Positions 10,489-20,760 of a stretch of DNA of 64,000 nucleotides are shown here, one piece after another. How positions within the stretch are numbered: the stretch's first letter is position 1; every line of letters starts with the position of its first letter. Below the pieces are notes generated by a model. The model was not told the DNA's origin, searched no databases, and worked only from the letters and a program-made list of their open reading frames with translations. The position numbers were made by a program, and so were the translations under genes. This DNA is from Candidatus Obscuribacterales bacterium (GTDB taxonomy: Bacteria; Cyanobacteriota; Vampirovibrionia; Obscuribacterales; Obscuribacteraceae), in the NCBI GenBank assembly GCA_965228855.1, contig CBDDIJ010000002.1, forward strand, positions 992,001 through 1,056,000, written 5' to 3'.

Positions 10489-11349
10489 ATGTTTGCTTCC
10501 CAAATAAAACCACCGACTGATGGACGTACCTCCCACACGGAGGCAACAATGTGGGACCCGTTCCTCGCGGACATGGACTCGGCGAAATTTCACATAGTCA
10601 TACATGTGCCATTTATCGCATTGGGTCGGATGCAGTTCTTCTGGCAGCGCTTCGAGCGACTCAGGAAACGCGGTGTAATGATCTGCGTTTTTCTTCGGGA
10701 GCCGGAGGTGTGGGACGGGCGAGATTTCCAGAGTGATCAGGGTTTCGAGGCTATCATTGCGAAGTTGCGAGAGCTTGGAGTTCACGTAACTCCGAAAAAG
10801 CTGATTCACGAAAAATTGGCCATCATTGATGGGCGGATTCTCTGGGACGGCTCGCTCAACTATCTTAGTCACAGGAATACGAGAGAGCGAGCGAATCGGT
10901 TTGCAAGTCGACAAGTAGTGAGGGAAGCCATGAATTTGCATGATATGAATGGTTGTAATCAATGTGATGATAATCGGAAGGCTAGTTCTGCCGGCGGCAC
11001 TGCTGAAGCACTTCTTGGTGGTTTGAGTGTGCATCGCAAGTTGGCGGGCGTATCGCAAGGCACCTTCGCAAAGTCTATAAAAACTAGCCAAGGCTGGGTT
11101 TCGCGTGTTGAAAGCGGAAGGCATGAGAGTGTTTCTGTCCGCACGCTTTGCGAATATTCGCTGGCGCTCGGTGTCCGACCGGTCTTAGTTCCTGACATTT
11201 TGATACCTGCCGTAACCCAGATGCTCGAGGAATACATTCACTCGATGTCCACCGACTCGCAGATTATCGAAAAGTCGCGAACCTTGACCAAACCTAAAAA
11301 AGTGACGGTTAGTGGCAAGACCAATGGCAAGGTGCAAGTCAAGACGTGA
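10489..11349 (+). CDS. PLD-like (single HKD) nuclease domain - CxxC - XRE-type HTH fusion protein (paralogue 1)
   Basis: HEKLAIIDGRILWDGSLN = HxKx4Dx6GSxN; CNQC; RKLAGVSQGTFAKSIKTSQGWVSRVESG. Confidence 0.82.
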   Translation: MFASQIKPPTDGRTSHTEATMWDPFLADMDSAKFHIVIHVPFIALGRMQFFWQRFERLRKRGVMICVFLREPEVWDGRDFQSDQGFEAIIAKLRELGVHVTPKKLIHEKLAIIDGRILWDGSLNYLSHRNTRERANRFASRQVVREAMNLHDMNGCNQCDDNRKASSAGGTAEALLGGLSVHRKLAGVSQGTFAKSIKTSQGWVSRVESGRHESVSVRTLCEYSLALGVRPVLVPDILIPAVTQMLEEYIHSMSTDSQIIEKSRTLTKPKKVTVSGKTNGKVQVKT

Positions 11350-11462
11350 GACACCGAACGTCCGCAATTGCGGTCAAGATTGAGCTCGAGAGCGACAGGA
11401 AGAGATCGAAAACGAGTATCTCAGCTAGGTCGTGGTCTAGTTCGAATTCGTGAGAATTGCGG

Positions 11463-11729
11463 GTCGCGGTATCAAAAATTTCTTCTGTTCATACCGTTAT
11501 CGGAATCCCCGCATTTTCATTCCGCTGGCGGAATTTGAATCAGTTTTGGCTTATGTCGCTCGGAGAAAGTGCAAAGCTGCAGAGTTGAGCATGATGAGTT
11601 TTTGATTTCAAATCTACATGCAGGTCACGGTATCAAACACTTCGTCAGCTATGCCGCATGAGGAATGACCCGTATGGGCATTCTCTTGGCGGTATCGATA
11701 TCCAAGCCAATCTATGCCGTGAGAGGAAT
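11463..11729 (+). repeat. Right array of PLD-HTH-1: four 43-44-bp sites, inverted relative to the left array
   Basis: Copies at 11463, 11525 (degenerate), 11624, 11686; gtcgcggtatcaaa..ataccg..ggaat aligns ungapped with the reverse complement of 9938-9981. Confidence 0.7.
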
Positions 11730-11863
11730 TTTGTTGATTTTGGATTTCGTTGATTTGTTGATTTGTTGATCTCTGATTTCGGAAATCCAAGTTTTGAAGC
11801 GCACTAAGCTCGGGTGTGGTCCTGTAAAGGGTTGTCGATGCTTGATTTGCTCGATTTCGCGGA

Positions 11864-11943
11864 TACGCTGGAATATAGTAGGAAAAATTTGGGAAAGTGA
11901 TGGGTGGAGCGAGCCAGCTGGAGAGCCGGTCACACCACCCATC
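11864..11943 (-). terminator. Terminal hairpin (11899-11943) plus box (11864-11880)
   Basis: gatgggtgg/ccacccatc stem; TACGC-tggaata-TAGTA 18 nt downstream. Confidence 0.72.
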
Positions 11944-11962
11944 TAGTCCCTACTCAGGACTC

Positions 11963-12208
11963 CTACTTGCGCATATCCCGCACGTCCGGGTCGTGGAGAA
12001 ACTGCTTGCCGTCCTTGTCGAACGACCACCGGTTGCTGACCGCGCGGATAGTGGTGATTACGGAAGTATCGTCCTCACCCTGCATCACCAAGCCGAGCTG
12101 CTGACGAACCGTGCGACGATAGCAACGGTTGGCGAGCCGCTTGTCCTGCTTCTCGGACACGGCAGTGGTGTAGCCGCAGATAGGAGTCTTCTTGCGAGAA
12201 TTGCTCAT
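11963..12208 (-). CDS. Small basic hypothetical protein
   Basis: 81 aa, GAGG RBS, C/G-ending codons. Confidence 0.65.
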   Translation of the reverse strand: MSNSRKKTPICGYTTAVSEKQDKRLANRCYRRTVRQQLGLVMQGEDDTSVITTIRAVSNRWSFDKDGKQFLHDPDVRDMRK

Positions 12209-12374
12209 TCGTTCTTTACCTCTTTGATTTTGATTGCCGGAAATCGGTCAGCAACCGACTTCCGCAATAAGCAGGGACAGTGCCGCCATCAAGCGGTTTT
12301 GCGCGGGAAGAACAGCAAGCGTTCAACCGCGAGAACCGCCGGTGGAGGCACCGCGAATCGCAGAATTGCGATTC

Positions 12375-14042
12375 TTACTTGGTCTCGTCTTTCTTGTTCG
12401 CGTTCTGGAAACGCGCCAGAGAGCGGTGGCGCGAGTAGAACACGAAGAGCAGCGTTACCGCGCTCCAGACGACTGCCAGACGCGCGAAGGCTTCCCAGGG
12501 CAGCTCAATCATGAGCCGTCCGGAACCCAGGACGCCGAGCGCAGCGACGACGATCCAGAAGATGCCGCTTCGAAATTCGACGCGGTTTTTCCAGTTGGTT
12601 TCGCGCACGGTTTTGACCAGGACCGTGAGTGAGATGGTGATGAACGCGGTCATCGTTCCGATGTTCGTCAGGTGCATGAGTTCGCCGACCGCGAGCAGTC
12701 CGGTCAGCAGGGCAACGCCGCCGCCGACCATGAGCGTCGCGAGCACGGGGACCTGGCGCTTTTCGCTGACCTTCTCGAATGCCTCGGGAAGGAGCTTGTG
12801 CTGCGCCATGTTGTACACCAGGCGAGTAGTGGAATAGGCGCTGGCGAGCAGCACCGAGATGAGCGCAACGGTTGAGCCGAGCGCGACCCAGACGACCGCC
12901 GATTTGTAGCCCAGGATTTCGAGCGCCTGAGCCATGGGAGCCGCCTCTTCATGCCCTCCTACACCGATTTGCGTGTACGGCACGGCAGCGCTGAGAAAGT
13001 ATGCCGCCACGATGTACATGACGGTCACCGCGACGAGTCCGATGAGCATGCCGACGGGCACATTGCGGCGCGCGTTCTTGGTTTCGCCCGCGGTCATGGT
13101 CGCGAGATCGAGACCGACAAATGCGAAGAATGCGATCGAAGCTCCGGCGAGTGAGCCGGGAAGATGCGCGGGAACGGGTAACGCAAGGTTCGCGGGATCG
13201 TAGTGCTGGGCGAGCAGGAAGACGATGAACGTGATCACGATCAACTTCGTGATTGTGAAAACGTTCGTGAGGAAAGCCGTTTCCTTAATGCCGCGCATGA
13301 GGATGACGGTGATGAGACCGACAACGCCCATGGACAGAAGGTTGATGGACGGCAGTGCGGCCGCAAAACCGATTACGGAAATCAAACCGAAAACGCCGGC
13401 CGCACCGCCCGCGGTTAGGCTAGCGAAGGCAAACCGCTTCTTCTGCGGTTCGAAAGACGTGCGGTTTCTCAGACCGAAGCGGATGAGAAGAGTACTGGTG
13501 ATACCACCGATGATGGCAAGACCCAGTTGACCCCACTGAACTACTTCGGGCGTTTTCGTAATCACATCGGGCAGATGAAGACCGAACGCGATGCGCAGGA
13601 TCATCTTGATGTGGTCCGCCTGGGACACAGCTACAGCAGCTGTGCCGCCGAGGCACTCGAGCATGACGTCGAAGAACATGAGGAATCCGACGAACTGCCC
13701 GAGAACAAGACATGCATAGCTGCCGGTCGAGCCGCTGCGCGACGTGATGCTCGCCATCTTTGCGAGACAGAGAGCCGCCGGCGCACAGATGAGCCCCGCC
13801 CAGAGGAAGGAGACCCAACCGAAAGGACCGGCGTAGTCGCGCGCAATGATACCAGGGGTGGTGAGGATACCGGCGCCGACTGCCTGCGTGATCGTGAAGA
13901 GAACCACCGAAATGAGACCGAGCTGACGGTTGAGTTTGTCCTGCCCGTGCGCCTCTTCGATGTTTATGGTGAGCTTGGCGTCGTGTTTGACACCCGCCAA
14001 CCATTGCCGAACGGATGATAGATTCATCTTCGTTGTCTCCAA
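12375..14042 (-). CDS. APC-superfamily amino acid permease (paralogue 1)
   Basis: VGAGIL, FFAFVGLD, AGETKNARRNVP, many TM segments; start TTG 14042 or ATG 14027. Confidence 0.9.
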   Translation of the reverse strand: METTKMNLSSVRQWLAGVKHDAKLTINIEEAHGQDKLNRQLGLISVVLFTITQAVGAGILTTPGIIARDYAGPFGWVSFLWAGLICAPAALCLAKMASITSRSGSTGSYACLVLGQFVGFLMFFDVMLECLGGTAAVAVSQADHIKMILRIAFGLHLPDVITKTPEVVQWGQLGLAIIGGITSTLLIRFGLRNRTSFEPQKKRFAFASLTAGGAAGVFGLISVIGFAAALPSINLLSMGVVGLITVILMRGIKETAFLTNVFTITKLIVITFIVFLLAQHYDPANLALPVPAHLPGSLAGASIAFFAFVGLDLATMTAGETKNARRNVPVGMLIGLVAVTVMYIVAAYFLSAAVPYTQIGVGGHEEAAPMAQALEILGYKSAVVWVALGSTVALISVLLASAYSTTRLVYNMAQHKLLPEAFEKVSEKRQVPVLATLMVGGGVALLTGLLAVGELMHLTNIGTMTAFITISLTVLVKTVRETNWKNRVEFRSGIFWIVVAALGVLGSGRLMIELPWEAFARLAVVWSAVTLLFVFYSRHRSLARFQNANKKDETK

Positions 14043-14602
14043 AGTTTATTCTCCAGTCGAATGCGATTGCTCGACTGGTCCCCAATCGCTTCGCGATGGA
14101 GATGATTAAGAGCCGCGGCGAACCTTCGGGTTTGAAGCCGTTGAGCGCGAGCGGATTAAGCGAGGAGTTAACTTTCCACTGAATGGAATGACGCACTGAT
14201 ATTTCGTTGTGACAGAGACAAATTTTTCGCGAACGAAACACCTTGTGCGAAGAAAACAGCAGACGCGTAAAACTAGGAAAGAAATCCACTTTGAATCAAG
14301 AAATGTTCTTTGGATATTTCTTGGTTTTTATTCAGCTAAGGTCTCCCCGGTGGAAAGATCTTGTTTCGAGACAAACTGCGAGGGCGAACTGCGAGCTTTG
14401 TCAGAGCTTGCCCGGCTTAGGATTTGACCGGCCCGGGGACGGCTTACCTGGATGACAAGTGGTCGCGCTAGTCTAGCGGAAGGCGAGTTTGGCGGCGCTG
14501 GCTGTGTGCTTACGAGCTGCTGTTTTGGAGTTACGGGTGTGGCGTCGGGGTGCGACGGCGTGAGCTGAGGTGTGAGCTGGGGTGTGGAGGTGTGAGTCGT
14601 TC

Positions 14603-14671
14603 AACCATCGGATATAGTAAAAGTGCAATGAGGCAAGAACACCGGAAACCCTATGGTTCCCGGCGTTCTTG
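14603..14671 (-). terminator. Terminal hairpin (14634-14671) plus box (14603-14619)
   Basis: caagaacaccggaaacc/ggttcccggcgttcttg stem; AACCA-tcggata-TAGTA 14 nt downstream. Confidence 0.72.
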
Positions 14672-14712
14672 TTCAGCCCGTACTGACACCGCCTCGTTCA
14701 AGCTAGACCGGT

Positions 14713-14766
14713 CTGTCAATGAGACAGCGACGGAATTTGCTAAATCCGTCGCTCTGGGATTGACAG
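14713..14766. repeat. 54-bp symmetric core (variant)
   Basis: ctgtcaat-N6-gcgacg-gaatttgctaaatc-cgtcgc-N6-attgacag; closely similar to 57626-57679. Confidence 0.7.
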
Positions 14767-14831
14767 GGCGAAGTTTTGGACCGGTGACGGCTCGCAGTGG
14801 TTGCTCGGGTCGGAGCTCTGCTTGGGCTAGT

Positions 14832-16559
14832 TCACTGCTTGGGCTGTTCCTGCGTGGGTTGTTCCTCCTTGTGCAGCTTGCGGCGAGCGAGGCTGTGGTG
14901 CCGCGAGTAGGTAACGAAGAGAACGACGACGGCGGACCAGACGGCGACGAGCCGTGCGAATGACTCCCAGGGGAGCTCCATCATCAGGCGCGCCGGTCCG
15001 AGGATGCCGAGCGTCGCTACGACCACCCAGAACGAGCCCTTTAGTGCGTTTCGGCGCGTCTTCCAGTCGGTTTCCTTCACGGTCAAAACGAGCACCGTCA
15101 GGGAGATGGTGATAAACGCGGTCATGGTGCCGATGTTCGTCAGGTGCATCAACTCACCCACCGCCATCAAGCCGGTGAGCAGCGAGATGAAACCGCCCAC
15201 GACTAACGTCGCGAGAACTGGCACCTGGCGTTTGCTCGACACTTGCTCGAACGCGCTCGGCATGAGCCCGTGTTGGGCCATATTGAACAGCAGTCGGGTG
15301 GTCGCGTAGGCGCTGGCCAGCACCACGGAAACGAGCGCCACTGTCGACCCCAGCGCAACCCAGATAGCCGCCGATTTGTAGCCCAACAGCTCCAGTCCTT
15401 GAACCATGGGTGCCGCCTCGCCCCCGTGACCGTGCGCTGCGATCTTGGTGAACGGCACAGCTCCCGCGTACGCGAAGGCTGCGATGAAATACAGTGCCGT
15501 GACGCAGACCAGCCCGATCAGCATGCCGAGCGGAACGTTGCGTTTCGCGTTCTTCACTTCGCCTGCAGTTGTGGTTGCCAGGTCGAGTCCGACGAAGGCG
15601 AAGAACGCCACGGACGCGCCGGCAAGCGAACCCGGCAGTTTGTCCGGAACGGGAATCGCCAGGTTCGCCCAGTCGAAGTGGCGAGCGAAGAAGACGATGA
15701 TTACTGCCAGAACGCACAGCTTCGTGATGGTGAAGATGTTCGTCAGAATCGCTGTTTCCTTCACGCCACGAAGCAGAACGCCGGTGATGAGCAGCACTAC
15801 GCCCATTGAGAGCAGGTTGATGGATGGCAGATCGGCGGCGAACTTGAGCGCGAACAGGAAGCAAGCCACGCTCGTGAAGAGCACGAGAGATAGGGAGAGC
15901 ATCGGCAGGAGGCGAGCCTGAAAGTTGCGGGCCGGTAAGTTGCGGGCCGGTAAGTGGTGGACTTCCTTCAGTCGTCTCGAACCGTACGACCAGAAGAACC
16001 AGGCTGCGATGCCGGATGCCAGCGCGCAACTCAGTGCTTTCCAGTTCACCACCTCTGGTGTCGTGGTGAGGAATTCGTTGAGCTTCCAGCTCTGTCCGAA
16101 CCATTCCTCGCCGACGAGCCGGATGATCAGCTTGATGTGGTCCGCCTGGGAGACCGCCACGGCAGCGGTTCCACCGATGCATTCCATCATAACGTCGACG
16201 AACATCAGGAGTCCGGGCAGTTGTCCGAGTACGAGGCACGCGTAGCTGCCGGTGCTTCCGCTCTTCGCCGTTCTGCTTGCCATGAATGCGAGGCACAGAG
16301 CCGGACACAGGCAAATCATGCCGGCTTGAACGAAGCTGAGCCAGGCATTGGGTCCGGCATAGTCGCGGGCGATGATACCGGGGGTGGTGAGAATTCCGGA
16401 ACCAACCGCCGACGTGATGGTAAACAGGATCACCGAGAAGAGTCCCATCTGGCGCATGAGCTTGTCGCCGGCTGCGCCGTGGGCTTCCTCGATGTCGATT
16501 TTCTGAGTGGCGTCGTGAACCACGCCGCCCAGCCAATTGCGGATGTTTGAAAAACCCAT
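14832..16559 (-). CDS. APC-superfamily amino acid permease (paralogue 2)
   Basis: Long identical blocks with 12375..14042 (e.g. GELMHLTNIGTMTAFITISLTVLV). Confidence 0.9.
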   Translation of the reverse strand: MGFSNIRNWLGGVVHDATQKIDIEEAHGAAGDKLMRQMGLFSVILFTITSAVGSGILTTPGIIARDYAGPNAWLSFVQAGMICLCPALCLAFMASRTAKSGSTGSYACLVLGQLPGLLMFVDVMMECIGGTAAVAVSQADHIKLIIRLVGEEWFGQSWKLNEFLTTTPEVVNWKALSCALASGIAAWFFWSYGSRRLKEVHHLPARNLPARNFQARLLPMLSLSLVLFTSVACFLFALKFAADLPSINLLSMGVVLLITGVLLRGVKETAILTNIFTITKLCVLAVIIVFFARHFDWANLAIPVPDKLPGSLAGASVAFFAFVGLDLATTTAGEVKNAKRNVPLGMLIGLVCVTALYFIAAFAYAGAVPFTKIAAHGHGGEAAPMVQGLELLGYKSAAIWVALGSTVALVSVVLASAYATTRLLFNMAQHGLMPSAFEQVSSKRQVPVLATLVVGGFISLLTGLMAVGELMHLTNIGTMTAFITISLTVLVLTVKETDWKTRRNALKGSFWVVVATLGILGPARLMMELPWESFARLVAVWSAVVVLFVTYSRHHSLARRKLHKEEQPTQEQPKQ

Positions 16560-17427
16560 GCAGTGTTCCTTGTGTGAAAGTACTGTCGGTTCAGAAAAGA
16601 ACCGGCTTGGATTTGCTTGCGAGAACGTCTCCGCAAGCGGGTCTTTGCTTGGACTTGAAGCTGCGAGTGAGTGGACGCGTCGTTGTCGCGAACGGAACCA
16701 CTTCGCTTCGTGCGCGAGGAAAAACTGTTAACTGCCGGTGGGGATGCTGCTTTCGAGAGCTACAGGTGTTTCCTTTCTGAAAAGAAAATTGGGTATTAAG
16801 GCAACGTAGCTGAATGGTTTTTCACAAAGCAATAGTGCTAAAGGGCTAGAAATGCCATGTTTGTCAAGTGGTTGCGCAAACACCGCCATTCTTAGCAAAT
16901 TTGGTTCCTGCATTACTTTTCTCACAGCGTAGCCGTCGGTCACCTTCAATATCGCGACCAGTTTTGACAAGGTGCGTTCTGCAAAGCTCAGTACAGTCTA
17001 GGTTTTGGACACTTGAGTCTCGATTAATCTCAACATCTAACTTCCCGCAGTATCAATTCGCTAGTTACTTAGTTTTATTGCTCCTGCCAAGTCTTAAAGC
17101 TACGGTTAGGGCCTGTTTCATAACCAGTGTTTCGGAAAACCACTACCGCTTTTCCAAAATCTCTGTCTACACCTCTACGCCCGTCCTGCTCGTTTACTCG
17201 CGCGCCCGAAGTCGTCCGCGTGTGTGATGTTCGTGTGCTTTAGTTTTGAGTTCGGAGAGAGCTTGAGATGAAAGTCGCGCGCAATCTGCACTCGGTCTAT
17301 TCGTGTGCGGATTAAGTCACTTCGGTCAATTCGGATCGAGTTAACGAGCAGAGGGAAACCCAACTAAGTCGGGACCGGGTTTTCCAGTGTCTGTCTGTCC
17401 CGCGAAACTGCTAAGGAGCTAAGTTTT

Positions 17428-17877
17428 ATGAGCGATCAAAACGAGAAGGCTGTCAGCCTTTTCACCGCGTCCATCTCCGCGCTCGTCGACGTTGTTGTGA
17501 GCGGTCGCGCACGCAGTGCCCGCATTCGCTACACGGACCCGAACGGTCCGTCGCTTCGCAATTTCTGGTGGATTTCGGTCGACAAGATCGAAACTGCCCA
17601 GCACGAGGAGCCCAAGCTCTTCGCTGCCACCAACGACCTCGATCTGATGTGCGGCGCACCGCCGTCCTTCCACAAGAGCGTTGCGCTGTCGTCTGCCAGC
17701 GAGCTGGTCGACGCCGCGGTTGCGTTTCTGTCCGAGAAGCTCGGCACCGCCGCCAAGGTGGACATCCTTCTGCAGGCTGATGCCCCGCAGGGTCAGCCCG
17801 CGATTCCGGCCTACGTCGGCAACTCCGACGACGGCTTCGAAAACCTCATGGAGCAGTCGGTTCCCGACATCTTCTGA
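17428..17877 (+). CDS. Hypothetical protein
   Basis: AAGGAG RBS, strong C/G-ending codons. Confidence 0.7.
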   Translation: MSDQNEKAVSLFTASISALVDVVVSGRARSARIRYTDPNGPSLRNFWWISVDKIETAQHEEPKLFAATNDLDLMCGAPPSFHKSVALSSASELVDAAVAFLSEKLGTAAKVDILLQADAPQGQPAIPAYVGNSDDGFENLMEQSVPDIF

Positions 17878-18042
17878 ATCGAGCGAACGGTAATGTCGCG
17901 CTGAGCTTCGAGCCTGCGCGCTACTTCGCTCGGTTCCAAAAGAAATCCGGTGGCGTCACAAGCGCCACCGGATACGGTGTCATGCGCTGCTCCCATTCTC
18001 ACACCCTAACGCAGCTGAACAGCTGTTACGGAGAGCAAAACC

Positions 18043-19593
18043 ATGAATCTCGAAATCAATGTCTCGTCAGGCAAGTTGGCTTCGGTTCTTCCCGAGTTCG
18101 AGGAAGAGCGCGCCACACTCGTCCTGGTTCTCTTTTCCGGTGAGGGTCTCAAGGGCGCTCACCTCGAAGCTGTCGAGGCCACGACCTCGGGGCTTCTCTC
18201 TCGCAGGATCGACAACGATGGTTTCGATCCGAAGTACAAGCAGACCAAGGTGATCGATACCGACCTGACCGTTCCCGGTCTCGACAAGGTCATCCTGGTC
18301 GGGCTCGGGCAGCGCTCCAAGCTCACGCTCGGCGGACTGCGCAAGGCGCTCGCCGACGCGTTTGTCGAGGCTCGTGACACGGCTCGCACCGAGCACCTGA
18401 TTTTCCCGCTCATCGATGTGGACCTTCGCGGTTTCACCGTCGAGGAGTTCGCCAAGGTGGTCGCCGAGTACGCGACCCTGGCTGACTACGAGCCCAACCA
18501 CCGCAGGACTCGCGAGTGGCGCGACGAGGCTCCGGCGACGCACTTCAAGTCGCTGACTCTGCTTTCCACGCGCAGCACTCTGAGTGCCGCCAAGCGTGGT
18601 GCCGCCCTTGGTGGCGCCATGGGGGCAGCCACTCGACTGGCGCGCGACCTCGTCAACGAGCCCGGCGACACCAAGACGCCGACCTGGCTCGCCAAGCAGG
18701 CTTCGAAGATGGCGGCCGAAACCAACGGCGTCGTCACCTGCAGGGTGTTCAAGAAGGCGGACATCGTGAAGATGAAGATGGGCGGTCTGCTCGCGGTCAA
18801 TCGCGGTTCGGCCGAGCCCCCGACCTTCATCGAGCTCTCTTATGACCCGGCTTCCGGCGCCACCGAGGAGGTGGTCGGGCTGGTCGGCAAGGGCGTCACG
18901 TACGACACTGGTGGTCTCAACATGAAGGACTACACCAGCATGCGTGACATGAAGATGGACATGGGTGGCGCCGCTGCAGTGATCGCGGCGATGTCGCTCA
19001 TGCCGGTGATCAAGCCGCGTTACTCGATCCGCGCCGTCATCGCTGCAACCGACAATGCGGTCAGCAACAAGGCGATGCAGCCGGGTGACATCATCAAGTC
19101 GATGTCCGGTCTCACCATCGAAGTCGGTCACACCGATGCTGAAGGTCGCCTGACGCTGGCTGACGCTCTGCACTACATGCAGGAGAAGTGCGGCGCCAAG
19201 CGGATCATCGACCTCGCCACACTCACCGGCGATATCGAAACCGCGGTCGGCATCTACACGACCGGCATCTTCGGCAACGACGACCGCTTCACGCGCCTCT
19301 ATAAGCGCGCTGCGGAGGTCGCCGGCGAGCCTGTTCACGAGCTGCCTCTGGACGAGGCCTACCGTGACGAGAACAAGGGGCAGTTCGCCGACCTGACCAA
19401 CGACGGTTCCGGACCGGGGCACATCATCGCCGCCTGGTTCCTCCGCGAGTTCGTCAAGGACGGTGTTTCCTGGATCCATGCCGACATCGCCGGCACCGCG
19501 TTCCGCACCGCTGCCACCGCCTACGGTATCGAAGCGGCTGGTGGCACCGGCGTCGGCGTGCGCACGCTCGCGCATCTGCTGGCAGACCTGTAA
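18043..19593 (+). CDS. pepA: Leucyl aminopeptidase (M17)
   Basis: VGKGVTYDTGG, MKMDMGGAA, HTDAEGRL, DLATLTG, WIHADIAG. Confidence 0.92.
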   Translation: MNLEINVSSGKLASVLPEFEEERATLVLVLFSGEGLKGAHLEAVEATTSGLLSRRIDNDGFDPKYKQTKVIDTDLTVPGLDKVILVGLGQRSKLTLGGLRKALADAFVEARDTARTEHLIFPLIDVDLRGFTVEEFAKVVAEYATLADYEPNHRRTREWRDEAPATHFKSLTLLSTRSTLSAAKRGAALGGAMGAATRLARDLVNEPGDTKTPTWLAKQASKMAAETNGVVTCRVFKKADIVKMKMGGLLAVNRGSAEPPTFIELSYDPASGATEEVVGLVGKGVTYDTGGLNMKDYTSMRDMKMDMGGAAAVIAAMSLMPVIKPRYSIRAVIAATDNAVSNKAMQPGDIIKSMSGLTIEVGHTDAEGRLTLADALHYMQEKCGAKRIIDLATLTGDIETAVGIYTTGIFGNDDRFTRLYKRAAEVAGEPVHELPLDEAYRDENKGQFADLTNDGSGPGHIIAAWFLREFVKDGVSWIHADIAGTAFRTAATAYGIEAAGGTGVGVRTLAHLLADL

Positions 19594-19792
19594 GCGCTTC
19601 ATCGCGGCTGCGTTTGTTTCGATTTGTCAGTATCGGTTTCGACCGGTATCAGCGAACTGTTGGTGGCGAGGATTGGCTGACGAGGACGGGCGTTTCGTAT
19701 TAGAAGCGCCCGTCTCTCGTGGTCTGGCAACTCGCGGTTCAAAACAGCGTCAGGGCAGCGCTGACTACCTGCTCCTTCTCGAAAGGTCCGTT

Positions 19793-20233
19793 ATGAACGG
19801 AATATACGTCCTCATCGGCATGGGCTTGCTCGTGTTCGTGCTCTACACCTTCATGCACAGCCAGGCCAACTATGGCTCCGGTTCTGCTTCCGGCGGCTCG
19901 CCGCGCGGTTCTCGTCGCAACCAAGAGCGCGCCGATGCACGCATCGCCGAGTCCAATTCGCTTTTGATGCGCGGCAAGCTCATCGAAGCCGAAGCGGGCT
20001 TCCGCGAAGCGTTCCAGCTCGCTGTCGGGGCTCCGCTGCTGATGTCCGAAGCTTGCTGGGGTCTGAGCGAGGTCTGCAAGAAGCGCGGCGATTGGAAAAG
20101 CGCCCTGCAGCACATCGACATGGCTCTGTCCTTCGCGCCCGAATGGCGCGAGTACAAGCCCAACTACGAGTCGTATCTGAAGCGCGATCGCGAGGAAATC
20201 GCGGCGAAGCTCAAGGGCGACTTGCCGGAGTAA
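19793..20233 (+). CDS. Membrane-anchored short TPR protein
   Basis: N-terminal TM helix followed by two TPR-like units. Confidence 0.65.
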   Translation: MNGIYVLIGMGLLVFVLYTFMHSQANYGSGSASGGSPRGSRRNQERADARIAESNSLLMRGKLIEAEAGFREAFQLAVGAPLLMSEACWGLSEVCKKRGDWKSALQHIDMALSFAPEWREYKPNYESYLKRDREEIAAKLKGDLPE

Positions 20234-20381
20234 AGCTGGTTGCAAAACCGGCTGTAACAGTTTTGCGCAGCGGTTTCGACCTGTTAGTGAGACTGGCAGG
20301 CGAAAACCATTATTGCTGAACGAGGCCCGGGACTGGCGCCAGGCGCTAGTTCCGAGGCTCTATCAACAAGGAAACTCGCAC

Positions 20382-20630
20382 ATGAGCTATCTGTTTTTCC
20401 TCGTGGTCGGTCTTCTGTGGGGCGTGGGCTGCGGCATCTGCGATGCCCGCGGCATCCTCCGCAATGACCGTCCCATCATGCAGTTGCTGACCGGTCTGGT
20501 CGGCTACGGCATCACCTGGCTGCTCTTTCTGGGTCAGCCGGTTGGCGGGCACTGGTTTCTCCACCTGATTCTGGTGGTCACTGTCAGCCAGCTCGTTCAT
20601 TACCAGGTTCGGGCTCGTCTGTTGAAGTGA
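20382..20630 (+). CDS. Small membrane protein
   Basis: AAGGA RBS, three hydrophobic segments. Confidence 0.6.
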   Translation: MSYLFFLVVGLLWGVGCGICDARGILRNDRPIMQLLTGLVGYGITWLLFLGQPVGGHWFLHLILVVTVSQLVHYQVRARLLK

Positions 20631-20760
20631 GGCTTCAAGGAGTCGTTTCCAACAGCGACTCGTTGTGCAATCACCTCAGCGACTCGAATCTCGACCTGCC
20701 GATTGCAGGTCATCTCATTTTTCTCAATGAAACTCGTGCAACCCAAAATGGGAGATTCTC

